This document shows, piece after piece, positions 53,857 through 62,836 of a stretch of DNA of 64,000 bases. Numbering within the stretch: the stretch's first letter is position 1; every line of letters starts with the position of its first letter. This stretch comes from an uncultured Verrucomicrobiota bacterium (GTDB lineage: Bacteria > Verrucomicrobiota > Verrucomicrobiia > Limisphaerales > AAA164-E04). The DNA lies in NCBI GenBank assembly GCA_964342405.1, contig CAYFGX010000013.1:87098-151097 (forward strand). The letters run 5' to 3'. Under the pieces are notes generated by a model. The model was not told the DNA's origin and did no database searches. It saw only the letters and a program-made list of their open reading frames with translations. Both the position numbers and the translations under genes were made by a program.

Positions 53857-56800
53857 CTAGGCTTGGTGGGGGAGTGGAAACCGAATCACCCATTCTGTGC
53901 CATTGCCCACGGAGGAAATGAGTTCGCAAGAGCCTTTGAACATTGTCGCTCGCTCTCGAATCCCACTGAGGCCAAAGCCGTGCTGCTCCCTAGTTTTTTC
54001 GAGATCTGGATCGAATCCTCGCCCATTGTCCTTGATTCGCAAGGTGATCATTTGATCTGTAATCAGGAGGGTGACGATCACTCGAGTGGCCTCTGCATGT
54101 TTGAGGCAATTGTTCATCGCTTCTTGGATGATTCTAAAGAGGTTGATTTGCTTTTCCGCCGAAAGATTCTTTGGGATAGGTTCGATCTCATGTTCGATCT
54201 CAATCTCACTCGCATCGCCGATCTGATTGAGCATGCCTTGAATGGCTTTCGTCAGGCCGAGTCGATCGATCTGGTAGGGGCGGAGATTGTTGGCAATACT
54301 TCGGACTTCCTGGATTGAGTCCAAGCTGATGTCCGATATCTCCTGAAGTGCTGTCCCCATCGCATCCGGCCCTGTGGGTGTGCGGAGTGTGAGAGCGGCT
54401 CGGTTCTTGATGACGAGGAGGTTCTGTTCGAGGCTATCATGCAGTTCTCTGGCAATCCGTTTTCGATCAGCTTCCTGTCGCGAGAGCATATCTCGGGCGA
54501 AGCGCTCTTGCTCAGTTTTTCGACGCTTGTCGCGACTGATACGAGTAAGGAATCCCAGTGAAACGAGCCCCATGAAACCAAGTGCGCCTAGGGCCTGGAA
54601 TCCCGCTGACCTCCAAATGGCGCCTTCTACCTTGAGGGTTAATGTCGTGTCGTCTTCGTTCCAAAGTCCGCTATTGTTGGCTGCCGAGGCTTGAAACTGA
54701 TAGTTGCCAGGAGCGAGATCTTGCAACACGACTGACTGTTGAGGGCCGATATCGGTCCAATCTGAGCTGATCTCTTTCACGCGATAGCGAAATCGAATCT
54801 CGTCTGGTGCCGAAAAGTTGAGGCCGGAGAATTGAATTTCTATTCTTTCTACGTGGGAAGGAACTCTAAAGGTCGGATTGTTTCGGTGCTGGGATATTGG
54901 GTTTGGACGGCCGTCGAGGGAGAGATTTTCGAGGAGAACTGTGGGCGGAGTCTTGTTCAGTGGGAGAGTTTTCGGGTTTACATAGCATGGTCCCCCGCTC
55001 GTAGCGAACCAGAGATTGCCATCGTCCGTGCGAAGGCTGGAGGGGTGTCCGGCGTTGCATTGGAGTGAGGGAAGGCCATCATCTGTCGAGTAGGAGTTGG
55101 CGAACAAATATGAGATCTCTCCGTTGGCGACGCGATCGAAATTATCGAACGAGACTCGATGGATCCCATTGTAGGAACCGAACCATAGACTCCCTAGATG
55201 GTCATCGATGAGTGTGCTGATCTCATTGGAAGGAAGACCATGCTCGGTGGAGTAGTGCTGAAAGGTGCCGTGGCGGAATCGATAAATACCTTGTCCTCCG
55301 GTTCCAAACCAGATGTCGCCTGATTGTCCGATGGCGATTGCTCTGACTCGGATGGGGGCGACCTGTGAGGCCTTGGAAACGTGTTCGAAGCGATCGGCTT
55401 TGTAGCGGTAAATGCCGTTATCGCCGGTTCCAATCCAGACTGTGCCATCGGGCCCGCAAGCGAGACTCAACACCTCTTTTGTTGGCCGGTTTTCGTAGGC
55501 TGTGAGATCCATTGGCTGATTGTCCTCAATTACAGCGAGTCCCCCATCACTGCTGCCAACCCAAAGCCTGTTTTCCAGATCGTAGCAGGTCGCGACAATT
55601 CGTCTTCCCAATCCGATGTCGAATGCATCAATCGGTATGAAGGCTCCATCCTTGAGTGAAAATGTCGATGCCGATCGGCGGCGTTGATTTGATTTGCTTA
55701 GGCCGGTTGCATATTTTCCACCGAATACGTCTCCCATTTGGTTGGCCGTTAGCGTCCAAATGTCTCCTCTGCCCTGATGGATCGCATTATCAAGAGTGGT
55801 GCCATAGAGCTGATTTTTTGGAATTTCCAAAATTCCTCTAATTGTGCCGAGAAGGAGGTTTCCGGATTTTTTTTGAAGAAACGAACGGGCTTTGGTGCCC
55901 TCTGGAGGAAGGCCGCTGATTAAGCGGAATTTGCGTTTGCGAATCCTGCTGAGTCCCTTGTCAGCTAATGTAGCATTGGCCGTCCAGAGCGTGCCCTCGG
56001 CATCGGTGACTAAAGGTCCGCCAATGTCCAGCGGCGTACTCTGGATGTGGTATTGGCCCTGGTCGTCTGGAACGTAGTGTTCTTGGGCCGTAGATTTGGT
56101 TCTTTTCACCCAAAGTGAACCGTCACTGACTTCAAGGATGCTAGTGGCCTTTTTCAGTTCCTGGTCTTCTTGAATGATCTCACCTGAGATAATTCTTTCC
56201 CCATTATACCTCAAGATTCTTCCATCGACCGCAAGCCAGATGCCGCCCGATCTCGCGGGTGTAGGTCCCGCCGTGATCAGTTCACTTTCGTTAAAGACAT
56301 GTTGGGTGGACATGTTGTCCTCTGTCAGAGTTCCCAACTTATTTCCACGACTCCACCATGTCGTTCCTTGATGGTCCGTTACCGCGGTGAAAGGTGGGTT
56401 CTGTTCCCCGGGCAAAGGTGTGAGAACTGCGTGCTCGGTTGGACGGGCACCCTTCATAGACATGAGGCGGCGCTGTCGTGTGTCACGGTTCAGACTCGAA
56501 TACACCAAGGTGCCGTCGGGACGGATTGTATGAAGTGAAAGGCGTGTCTCTGGATTCGTCCGCAGGCCCGTTGTGCGGTGGAAAGTCCCTTTGCTGTATT
56601 GAATGATCTCGTCTCGCACATTGAGCCACAGCGATCCATTTGCTGCGGGAATGATACCGCTCACTCTTCCATGGGGGAAACCCGGTGTGTTCGCGTCAAA
56701 AACCGTGAACTCTTGCCCATCGAACCGGGCGAGTCCGTAGAAAGTGCCAAGCCAGATGTAGCCATCTGTGGATCTAGCAATACTGAGAATTGGGCTGCCA

Positions 56801-56982
56801 GGGATACCGTCGTTAACGTTCCAAGTGTCTGCGATGTAGCCGCCCTCTAACTCAAAATACGATTTTCCCCTGAGAACTTCTTCGGGGATCATAGCGAGCA
56901 GGAATCCAATGAGGAGTAACTTCAGAATCCTTAGGGCGAGATGACCGGAGTTTGATTGAGGCATCGGTGATGTCGAGACCAT
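53857..56982 (-). CDS. sensor histidine kinase, NarL-type (HisKA_3 + HATPase_c), with large periplasmic two-component-regulator-propeller (Reg_prop) and Y_Y_Y domains
   Basis: 1041 aa. Signal/TM, then repeated WxGTxxGLxxY propeller blades, a Y_Y_Y-like region and a TM helix (LGALGFMGLVSLGFL). HisKA_3 H-box (RIARELHDSLEQNL) and N/G-box ATPase (DNGRGFDP, GFGLSGIRER). Confidence 0.9.
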   Translation of the reverse strand: MVSTSPMPQSNSGHLALRILKLLLIGFLLAMIPEEVLRGKSYFELEGGYIADTWNVNDGIPGSPILSIARSTDGYIWLGTFYGLARFDGQEFTVFDANTPGFPHGRVSGIIPAANGSLWLNVRDEIIQYSKGTFHRTTGLRTNPETRLSLHTIRPDGTLVYSSLNRDTRQRRLMSMKGARPTEHAVLTPLPGEQNPPFTAVTDHQGTTWWSRGNKLGTLTEDNMSTQHVFNESELITAGPTPARSGGIWLAVDGRILRYNGERIISGEIIQEDQELKKATSILEVSDGSLWVKRTKSTAQEHYVPDDQGQYHIQSTPLDIGGPLVTDAEGTLWTANATLADKGLSRIRKRKFRLISGLPPEGTKARSFLQKKSGNLLLGTIRGILEIPKNQLYGTTLDNAIHQGRGDIWTLTANQMGDVFGGKYATGLSKSNQRRRSASTFSLKDGAFIPIDAFDIGLGRRIVATCYDLENRLWVGSSDGGLAVIEDNQPMDLTAYENRPTKEVLSLACGPDGTVWIGTGDNGIYRYKADRFEHVSKASQVAPIRVRAIAIGQSGDIWFGTGGQGIYRFRHGTFQHYSTEHGLPSNEISTLIDDHLGSLWFGSYNGIHRVSFDNFDRVANGEISYLFANSYSTDDGLPSLQCNAGHPSSLRTDDGNLWFATSGGPCYVNPKTLPLNKTPPTVLLENLSLDGRPNPISQHRNNPTFRVPSHVERIEIQFSGLNFSAPDEIRFRYRVKEISSDWTDIGPQQSVVLQDLAPGNYQFQASAANNSGLWNEDDTTLTLKVEGAIWRSAGFQALGALGFMGLVSLGFLTRISRDKRRKTEQERFARDMLSRQEADRKRIARELHDSLEQNLLVIKNRAALTLRTPTGPDAMGTALQEISDISLDSIQEVRSIANNLRPYQIDRLGLTKAIQGMLNQIGDASEIEIEHEIEPIPKNLSAEKQINLFRIIQEAMNNCLKHAEATRVIVTLLITDQMITLRIKDNGRGFDPDLEKTREQHGFGLSGIRERATMFKGSCELISSVGNGTEWVIRFPLPHQA

Positions 56983-57224
56983 GATAGCATTCTATGGCAG
57001 CGTCTAGATGGCCCTGTTTGAATTGAAAATACGATCGGCCCGGGAAGAGGCTATTCGAGAATCCGAGTCTTGCCTATAGGGATGAATACCTAGTCCTTTG
57101 TTGCAATTGGGCCACTGAGGCTTGCTCGTATTCTAGATTGGTAGGGGGCGAGGTGCCGATACAGCGCGGATGAACGATCGAGAGCGGGGAGGTGAAATTC
57201 TGACGAGGTACTCGACAGGAAATT

Positions 57225-57253
57225 CAAGGGCACCAGGCTGGCTGGTGCCCTTG
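57225..57253 (-). terminator. GC-rich 12-bp stem-loop (CAAGGGCACCAG-GCTGG-CTGGTGCCCTTG) just downstream of the SPFH gene stop
   Basis: Perfect inverted repeat 7 bp after the stop codon at 57260 on the minus strand. Followed on the minus strand by GAAUUUCC, a weak U tract. Confidence 0.45.
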
Positions 57254-57259
57254 TGCTTT

Positions 57260-58354
57260 CTACAATAGGTTTGTTACGCGGTCGGTGAGTCCTTTTTCAC
57301 CGAGCACGATGTTCATTTTGGACGAACTTGCGATCCGTTCGAGAACTTCGAGTTCTCGCATACGCATCAGCGCAGGGTTGCCCTCCATGAGCCGTGCCGT
57401 GTTCATCTGGCTCCGCATCGCTGCGGTTTCTTCGCGTCGCGCGATGACATTGGCTTCCGAGGCTTTCTTGGCTTCGATGACTTTGTTTAGCAACATCTTC
57501 ATGTCTCCGGGCAGGATCACGTCTTTGATCCCAAGCGAGATGATCTCGACTCCGAAGGCCTGAGCTCGCTTTCGCATAGCGGACAAGAGTTCGTCAGCCA
57601 CTGCCGTCTTGTCTGACAGCAATGCGTCCAGGTCGCGTGTTCCTACTGTGCTGCGGAGAGCAAGTTGGGCGTCTCGATACAAAGCCTGATCAAGGTCCTT
57701 CACTTTCTCCGCGCAGAGCTGGGGATCGCTCACGCGGAAGGTCACCATCGAGTTCAAGCGAAGCGATACTTTGTCCGCTGTCATGATCTCCTGTCCACTG
57801 ATGTCGATCACCCGTTCTCGGATATCGATGTACGTGCACGTGAAGTTGCCGACTTGTTTCCAGGCTGCGTAGCGCCCGGGGGCCAAGACCTTCTGGAAGC
57901 GTCCGTCCTCGTAGCAGATGGCTACGGAACCTTCGCTCACGGTGAAGATGTCAAACACATTGGGTGCTTGCGGGCATCCGAGTACGGGTGCGAGTTCTTG
58001 GTGCTCGAATAGACCGCCAGTCACGGTGACTGTTTCAATCCGGACCTTCCGAAAGCGGGTCCAAACCACGTAGAGTCCTTGGTCCAGAATGCCATCGAAG
58101 CGGCCATCAATCCACACCAGCGCACGTTCGTTCTCTTTTAGATCGATGACTTGCGCCGAGTCTCCGAGTGCTCCCGATTTGACGATGAGGTCGAGATCAG
58201 GGTGCCTGAGCCAAGGATCGCGTTGGGATACGACTTCGATACTGCGCTTGGTGAAGCGAGGAAAATTCCAGTAGGTTCCTTGCCCGACGATCTTCTTGAA
58301 CTCTTTGTCCACGAAGACCAATCCCTTTTCGAATGATCGGATTTTCTTTCTCAT
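57260..58354 (-). CDS. SPFH/band-7 (slipin/stomatin-like) domain protein with N-terminal extension
   Basis: 364 aa. C-terminal SPFH core (LALRSTVGTRDLDALLSDKTAVADELL..., AQAFGVEIISLGIKDVILPGDM...) plus a coiled-coil tail. No obvious N-terminal TM helix. Confidence 0.8.
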   Translation of the reverse strand: MRKKIRSFEKGLVFVDKEFKKIVGQGTYWNFPRFTKRSIEVVSQRDPWLRHPDLDLIVKSGALGDSAQVIDLKENERALVWIDGRFDGILDQGLYVVWTRFRKVRIETVTVTGGLFEHQELAPVLGCPQAPNVFDIFTVSEGSVAICYEDGRFQKVLAPGRYAAWKQVGNFTCTYIDIRERVIDISGQEIMTADKVSLRLNSMVTFRVSDPQLCAEKVKDLDQALYRDAQLALRSTVGTRDLDALLSDKTAVADELLSAMRKRAQAFGVEIISLGIKDVILPGDMKMLLNKVIEAKKASEANVIARREETAAMRSQMNTARLMEGNPALMRMRELEVLERIASSSKMNIVLGEKGLTDRVTNLL

Positions 58355-58737
58355 TTCTCTCTCTTTCTTTCTCTTCGTGAGTGCGAAGCAAATTCTCGTT
58401 TGTGCCCCTTGCCTTCAAGAGAACCCGAATGCCGGCCACACTCATGTCGCGGAGCGCTCCTGGTTCTGCGGAGGCTGACTGTGGGGGCTTTGAGGCATGG
58501 GCTTGAACCATTGGCCCAAGCCGTATGCCGTGCTGCCCCCGAGTGCCAGTTCTTCACTGAATCCGTGGCTCGCTTCAAGGCGATCGCTTTGTGCTGCTTG
58601 ATGAGAACGCGAGCTTCGGTAGATCGAACAACGGATTGTTCAGATCCGACCTTGTCTCTTATTCCCGTCAAGCGGGCTCGACACGCGGGTGTCTCTATCC
58701 GGCGCTTGGCTACCATGAGAGGGAATGCACCCTCGGG

Positions 58738-58810
58738 TATCAGGTAAGGGACTCGAACCCTTTACATCTTCGGTGATAACGAAGTGCTCTACCAATTGAG
58801 CTAACCAGAT
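58738..58810 (-). tRNA. tRNA-like gene (73 nt) with non-canonical anticodon loop UUAUCAC (nominal anticodon AUC); possible variant tRNA, pseudo-tRNA or tRNA-like regulatory RNA
   Basis: Minus-strand sequence AUCUGGU-UA-GCUC-AAUUGGUA-GAGC-A-CUUCG-UUAUCAC-CGAAG-AUGUA-AAGGG-UUCGAGU-CCCUU-ACCUGAU-A folds as a cloverleaf. It has a canonical D-arm and T-arm (GGTTCGAGTCC). The acceptor stem has one U-U mismatch, no CCA is encoded, and A34 is unusual for bacteria. Confidence 0.5.
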
Positions 58811-58941
58811 CTGCCAGAACGGCTTCGTCAGAATCCATTCACGGAACACTCAATCTGAAACCTCCACGCACGATCTCGGGAGAACGAACGCTTGTTGGTC
58901 AGTTGTGCGCCGCTGGCCCACCGTCGTGACGTTGAATCGAG

Positions 58942-58959
58942 TTGCAATCCGGATGCCAA
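58942..58959 (-). promoter_or_regulatory. sigma54 (RpoN) -24/-12 promoter, TTGGCAT-CCGGA-TTGCA, reading leftward toward the tRNA-like gene and the SPFH gene and divergent from rtcR
   Basis: Minus-strand sequence CAAGGTTGGCATCCGGATTGCAACTCG matches the consensus YTGGCACG-N4-TTGCW, with GG and GC at the correct spacing. Predicted TSS is near 58932. It is about 170 bp upstream of the divergent rtcR start. Confidence 0.55.
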
Positions 58960-59129
58960 CCTTGAATGGGTTTTTAATGGTGGGCTCTCAAGGTGTTGAC
59001 TGTGAATTATTTGCGTTGATTGGGTTTGCTCCATGGGCCGTTTTTCTAGAAATCGTTGTGTGAGTTAAAGTAGCTGAAAAGATAGAAAAATAGACTGGGA
59101 GATAAGTAGGATAATGTTAGGTTTGATGC

Positions 59130-60710
59130 GTGAAAACGGTTGTGATCAGTCTACTTGGGAGCATGCTCGATCGGGGGTCTAAGGAAGATCGATGGCAACG
59201 TTGGCGGCCGAGTGTGAGTCTGGTTCAGCATGAGGATCTCGCGGTCGATCGATTTGAGCTGTTGTATGAGGCCCGCTTTGAACGCTTGGCCAAGACGGTC
59301 TGCGAGGACATTGCTGAGGCTTCGCCCAAGACGAAAGTCGTCAAACGCTTGATCGCCTATGACGATGCTTGGGATTTTGAACAGGTCTACGCAGCGCTGC
59401 ATGACTACGCACGTGCGGGCGCCTTTAAGCCTGACAAGGAGAACTACCTCATTCATATCACGACCGGAACACATGTCGCTCAGATCTGCCTTTTTCTGCT
59501 CACGGAATCGAGATACTTGCCAGGGAAGTTGATTCAAACGAGTCCACCGAAACGGAAGGGGAAGATTCCTCGGGGGCAATATGACATCATCGACCTAGAT
59601 CTTTCGCGATATGACCGGATCGCTTCCCGCTTTCGCCAGGAGGCGCAGGATGATATCGCCTTCCTCAAGTCTGGAATCCAAACGCGAAACAAGGCCTTCA
59701 ACCGTCTGATCTCAGAGATCGAAAACGTTGGCGTACGGTCGTCCGAACCGATCCTCCTGATCGGTCCCACCGGGGCGGGTAAGTCTCTTCTCGCGAGACG
59801 GATCCAAGAGTTAAAGCGCCATCGCGGTCAACTGGAGGGCAGTTTTGTGGAAGTAAACTGCGCGACGCTCCGTGGCGATGCGGCCTTGTCGGCGCTGTTT
59901 GGACATAAGAAGGGCGCCTTCACCGGAGCGGTCAGTGATCGCCCGGGACTGTTGCGAGAAGCTCACAAGGGAATGCTGTTCCTAGATGAGATTGGTGAGT
60001 TGGGCTTAGATGAGCAGGCGATGCTGTTGCGAGCCATCGAGGAAAAGAGATTTCTGCCCATGGGGGCAGACGTCGAGGTGAAGAGCGATTTCCAACTGAT
60101 CTGCGGAACAAACCGGGATCTGTCTGAGGAGGTTCGGGAGGGAGGCTTTCGTGAGGACCTCTACGAGCGGATCAATCTCTGGACCTTCTATTATCCAGGA
60201 TTGCGGGAGCGAGTGGAGGATATTGAGCCGAACTTGGATTATGAGATCGATCGTTTCGCTGAGAAACACAAGCGTCAGGTTCGGTTTAGTCGAGAGGCGA
60301 GGGAAGCATTTGTGTCCTTTGCGCGCTCGGGAGAGGCGCTCTGGAGAGGGAATTTTCGAGATTTAAACAGTGCCGTTATTCGGATGGCGACCTTGGCGCA
60401 GGGAGGCAGGATCACGGTGAAAGAGGTGAAGGATGAGATCGCCCGGCTCCGAAAGAAGTGGCAAACCTTGCGGCAAGAAGCGACGGCAGAACTCGTCGTG
60501 GAGGTTCTTGGTTCCGATGCGGCGGAGTCTCTAGACCGCTTTGATCGGGTTCAGTTAGCGGACGTGCTGAAGGTCTGCCGAGAATCTCGCAGTGCGGCGG
60601 AGGCGGGGCGAACGCTGTTTGCTGCTTCAAGGGCAAAGCGATCCTCAAGCAATGATTCGGATCGGCTGCGAAAGTACCTCGCCCGGTTCAACCTTAAATG
60701 GCCCGTGTAG
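59130..60710 (+). CDS. rtcR: sigma54-dependent transcriptional activator RtcR (N-terminal CARF domain + AAA+ sigma54-interaction domain + C-terminal HTH)
   Basis: 526 aa with GTG start. Colinear with E. coli RtcR across the whole length (KWRPxxxLxxQ, YLIHITTGTHVAQICLFLL, Walker A GPTGAGKS, GAFTGA, ESELFGH-like LSALFGHKKGAFTGA, NLWTFYYPGLRER, RGNFRDL, DRLRKYLARF). Confidence 0.9.
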   Translation: MKTVVISLLGSMLDRGSKEDRWQRWRPSVSLVQHEDLAVDRFELLYEARFERLAKTVCEDIAEASPKTKVVKRLIAYDDAWDFEQVYAALHDYARAGAFKPDKENYLIHITTGTHVAQICLFLLTESRYLPGKLIQTSPPKRKGKIPRGQYDIIDLDLSRYDRIASRFRQEAQDDIAFLKSGIQTRNKAFNRLISEIENVGVRSSEPILLIGPTGAGKSLLARRIQELKRHRGQLEGSFVEVNCATLRGDAALSALFGHKKGAFTGAVSDRPGLLREAHKGMLFLDEIGELGLDEQAMLLRAIEEKRFLPMGADVEVKSDFQLICGTNRDLSEEVREGGFREDLYERINLWTFYYPGLRERVEDIEPNLDYEIDRFAEKHKRQVRFSREAREAFVSFARSGEALWRGNFRDLNSAVIRMATLAQGGRITVKEVKDEIARLRKKWQTLRQEATAELVVEVLGSDAAESLDRFDRVQLADVLKVCRESRSAAEAGRTLFAASRAKRSSSNDSDRLRKYLARFNLKWPV

Positions 60711-60727
60711 CAGGCTTACTTCAGAGC

Positions 60728-61039
60728 CTAGTCGATGGGGGCTCCGCATTTTGGGCACTCGCTATGCACACTGAAGGATCTCATTGGGATACGATGGCCA
60801 CAGTGAGCGCAGGGGCGGCCTCCACCTCGAGTAATCCAGATGAGCTCTTCAATGATGTAGGCGGACCCAATGACGACGGCGATTGCAAGTCCCGTGTACC
60901 AGGCTGGCGTTAACTCGTCGCGCCCCTTTAAGAGCCAGTAGGCGATTGCGACAAGAGGAACGCTCAAGGTGTGTTTCCACTTTCGGTACTTGGTCCAATT
61001 GGATTCGTTCATGTCGGGTGGTTTGCGTTCGTGCCGCAC
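60728..61039 (-). CDS. hypothetical small membrane protein with C-terminal CxxC...CxxC zinc-ribbon
   Basis: 103 aa. One predicted TM helix (LVAIAYWLL...LAIAVVIGSAYII) and CAHCGH...CPKCGAP. Convergent with rtcR. No homology recognised. Confidence 0.25.
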   Translation of the reverse strand: MRHERKPPDMNESNWTKYRKWKHTLSVPLVAIAYWLLKGRDELTPAWYTGLAIAVVIGSAYIIEELIWITRGGGRPCAHCGHRIPMRSFSVHSECPKCGAPID

Positions 61040-61317
61040 GATTTCATCGGAAGGACTGCAGTTCAGTGGTTCGACGAAAGCGTTTGACTACCTTCAATTC
61101 AGATTGCGGTCCTTGTCAATTCTCGGATCGTTCGCGGAAGGTTGGGGGAAGTTGGAGTCCCGTCGACTTCTCATTCTCGGATTTTGTTCTCTGACCCAAC
61201 GGTGAGAGAAGCCGCCCATTCGGGTGCTTGTGCCAACAATTACCATTGTGTCATGCTGATTTAACATTATGGTGTGGGGATTGATGAATATAGGGATCTA
61301 AAATCGGACTCTATAGC

Positions 61318-62658
61318 ATGAAATCTCGAAGGGCATTTTTTATGAGTGAGCAAGGAGAATCAAAGCCGAAGTCGAAAAAGAATCCGAACTGGGGAGCTCG
61401 AGTCCTTATTGTTATCTTGTTTGGGGTGGGAGGAGTCTTTGTCGAATACCAGAAACAGATTGAGCCCATGTATCGTGCGACGGCAACGATCATGGTTGAA
61501 TCGAATCTCGGAATGATTGACAGCATTTTTCCGGCAATGGATGTCGGGAACGACGGGGATGAATCGTCCAATGGTCTCAACACGCTAGTTGAGATCATTC
61601 CGAGCACGAAACTCATGCGACAGGTGATCATGGATCATGATCTCTTAAATAGAGAGAGTTTCGCGGGTAAGAATCCGAGTTCGGGTTCGCTTGATTCGTG
61701 GGCTCGCAGGCTTGCTGCGCGAACCTACGCAAAAACTCGAGAAGGAACTCATCTGATCGATATTTCGGTGATAGACAATGACCGCGATTTGGCTCGGGAT
61801 TTGGTAAATTGGATTGCTGCAGGCTATATCAAGCAGCACTCGAATCGCAATCTCGCGGCGAGCCAGGTCGCCAAGTCGGTTCTGACGGAGGAGGCCGAGC
61901 GCCTGAAGAAGAAACTGAGGATGGCGGAGGTGGCATTGATTACCTTCCGGAAGACGGCCAAGCTCGTGGTGCCTATTGAACGGCGACAAGCTATGCTGGA
62001 GGATTCACTTTCAGACCTTGACCGAGAACATACTCGCTTGAAGGTGGGAATCTCTCAACTTAAGGGTGATCTTGAAAAAATTATTGGGTTCGGTGCGAAG
62101 CCTAATTTTGATCAACTTCGAACGGTGCCCAGTGTTACTGAGTTAGACTCAGTTGATCGAATCTGGAAGCTTTTCACGGCACACGAGGATGCTGCGATGA
62201 TGCTTGGGGATGATGAGAATAAGCTGGAGCACCACCAGGAAGTTGAGGGCAAGTTGAGGGCGAGATTAAACAGTGTATTGGCTGACGCTCCTTTTCAGCT
62301 TGAGGTGAAAATTGATCAACTGCAGAGCGAATCTACGAATCTCCAGCACCTCATTCAGTCTCAGGAAGAAGAGTTGTTAAATCTCGCGACTCATGCAGTC
62401 GAGTATGGCGTATTGCAACGGGAGGTAGACGCGACCAAAGCGCTCTACGAATCCGTGCTTCAGCGCATCAAAGAAGTCGATCTCACCAAAGGCTTTTCGG
62501 ACGAGGTGATCTCAATCGTTGAAGAGGCGGAACGTGCAACGAATATTTCACCCCGTCGAATGGCGGCCAGGAGTGTGCTTCTGGGGTGTCTGTTGGGAAT
62601 TGCCTGCATCTTTGTTTACGACGGCCTAAAGCCAGTTCTTGCAAACCGTCCGGCCTGA
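61318..62658 (+). CDS. polysaccharide chain-length determinant (PCP/Wzz/GumC-like) protein, PEP-CTERM-locus subfamily-like, no kinase domain
   Basis: 446 aa. N-terminal TM (VLIVILFGVGGVFVEY), Wzz-like segment (YRATATIMVESNL), long coiled-coil region and C-terminal TM (VLLGCLLGIACIFVY). Confidence 0.65.
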   Translation: MKSRRAFFMSEQGESKPKSKKNPNWGARVLIVILFGVGGVFVEYQKQIEPMYRATATIMVESNLGMIDSIFPAMDVGNDGDESSNGLNTLVEIIPSTKLMRQVIMDHDLLNRESFAGKNPSSGSLDSWARRLAARTYAKTREGTHLIDISVIDNDRDLARDLVNWIAAGYIKQHSNRNLAASQVAKSVLTEEAERLKKKLRMAEVALITFRKTAKLVVPIERRQAMLEDSLSDLDREHTRLKVGISQLKGDLEKIIGFGAKPNFDQLRTVPSVTELDSVDRIWKLFTAHEDAAMMLGDDENKLEHHQEVEGKLRARLNSVLADAPFQLEVKIDQLQSESTNLQHLIQSQEEELLNLATHAVEYGVLQREVDATKALYESVLQRIKEVDLTKGFSDEVISIVEEAERATNISPRRMAARSVLLGCLLGIACIFVYDGLKPVLANRPA

Positions 62659-62836
62659 GCTGACCTCGTTTGTGGATCCATATAGTATGAGAGGTCAGCG
62701 GAAGACGGAGCGCCGGAAAGTCCCTTGCTCGCATCGAGTCGTTTCGACCAAAGAGGTTTATGATCCGACTGCTTTTTCTTGAACCTGACTTTTGGGAGAA
62801 AAGGTACATTTCAGGATGTAGCAAAAATGGCGCATT

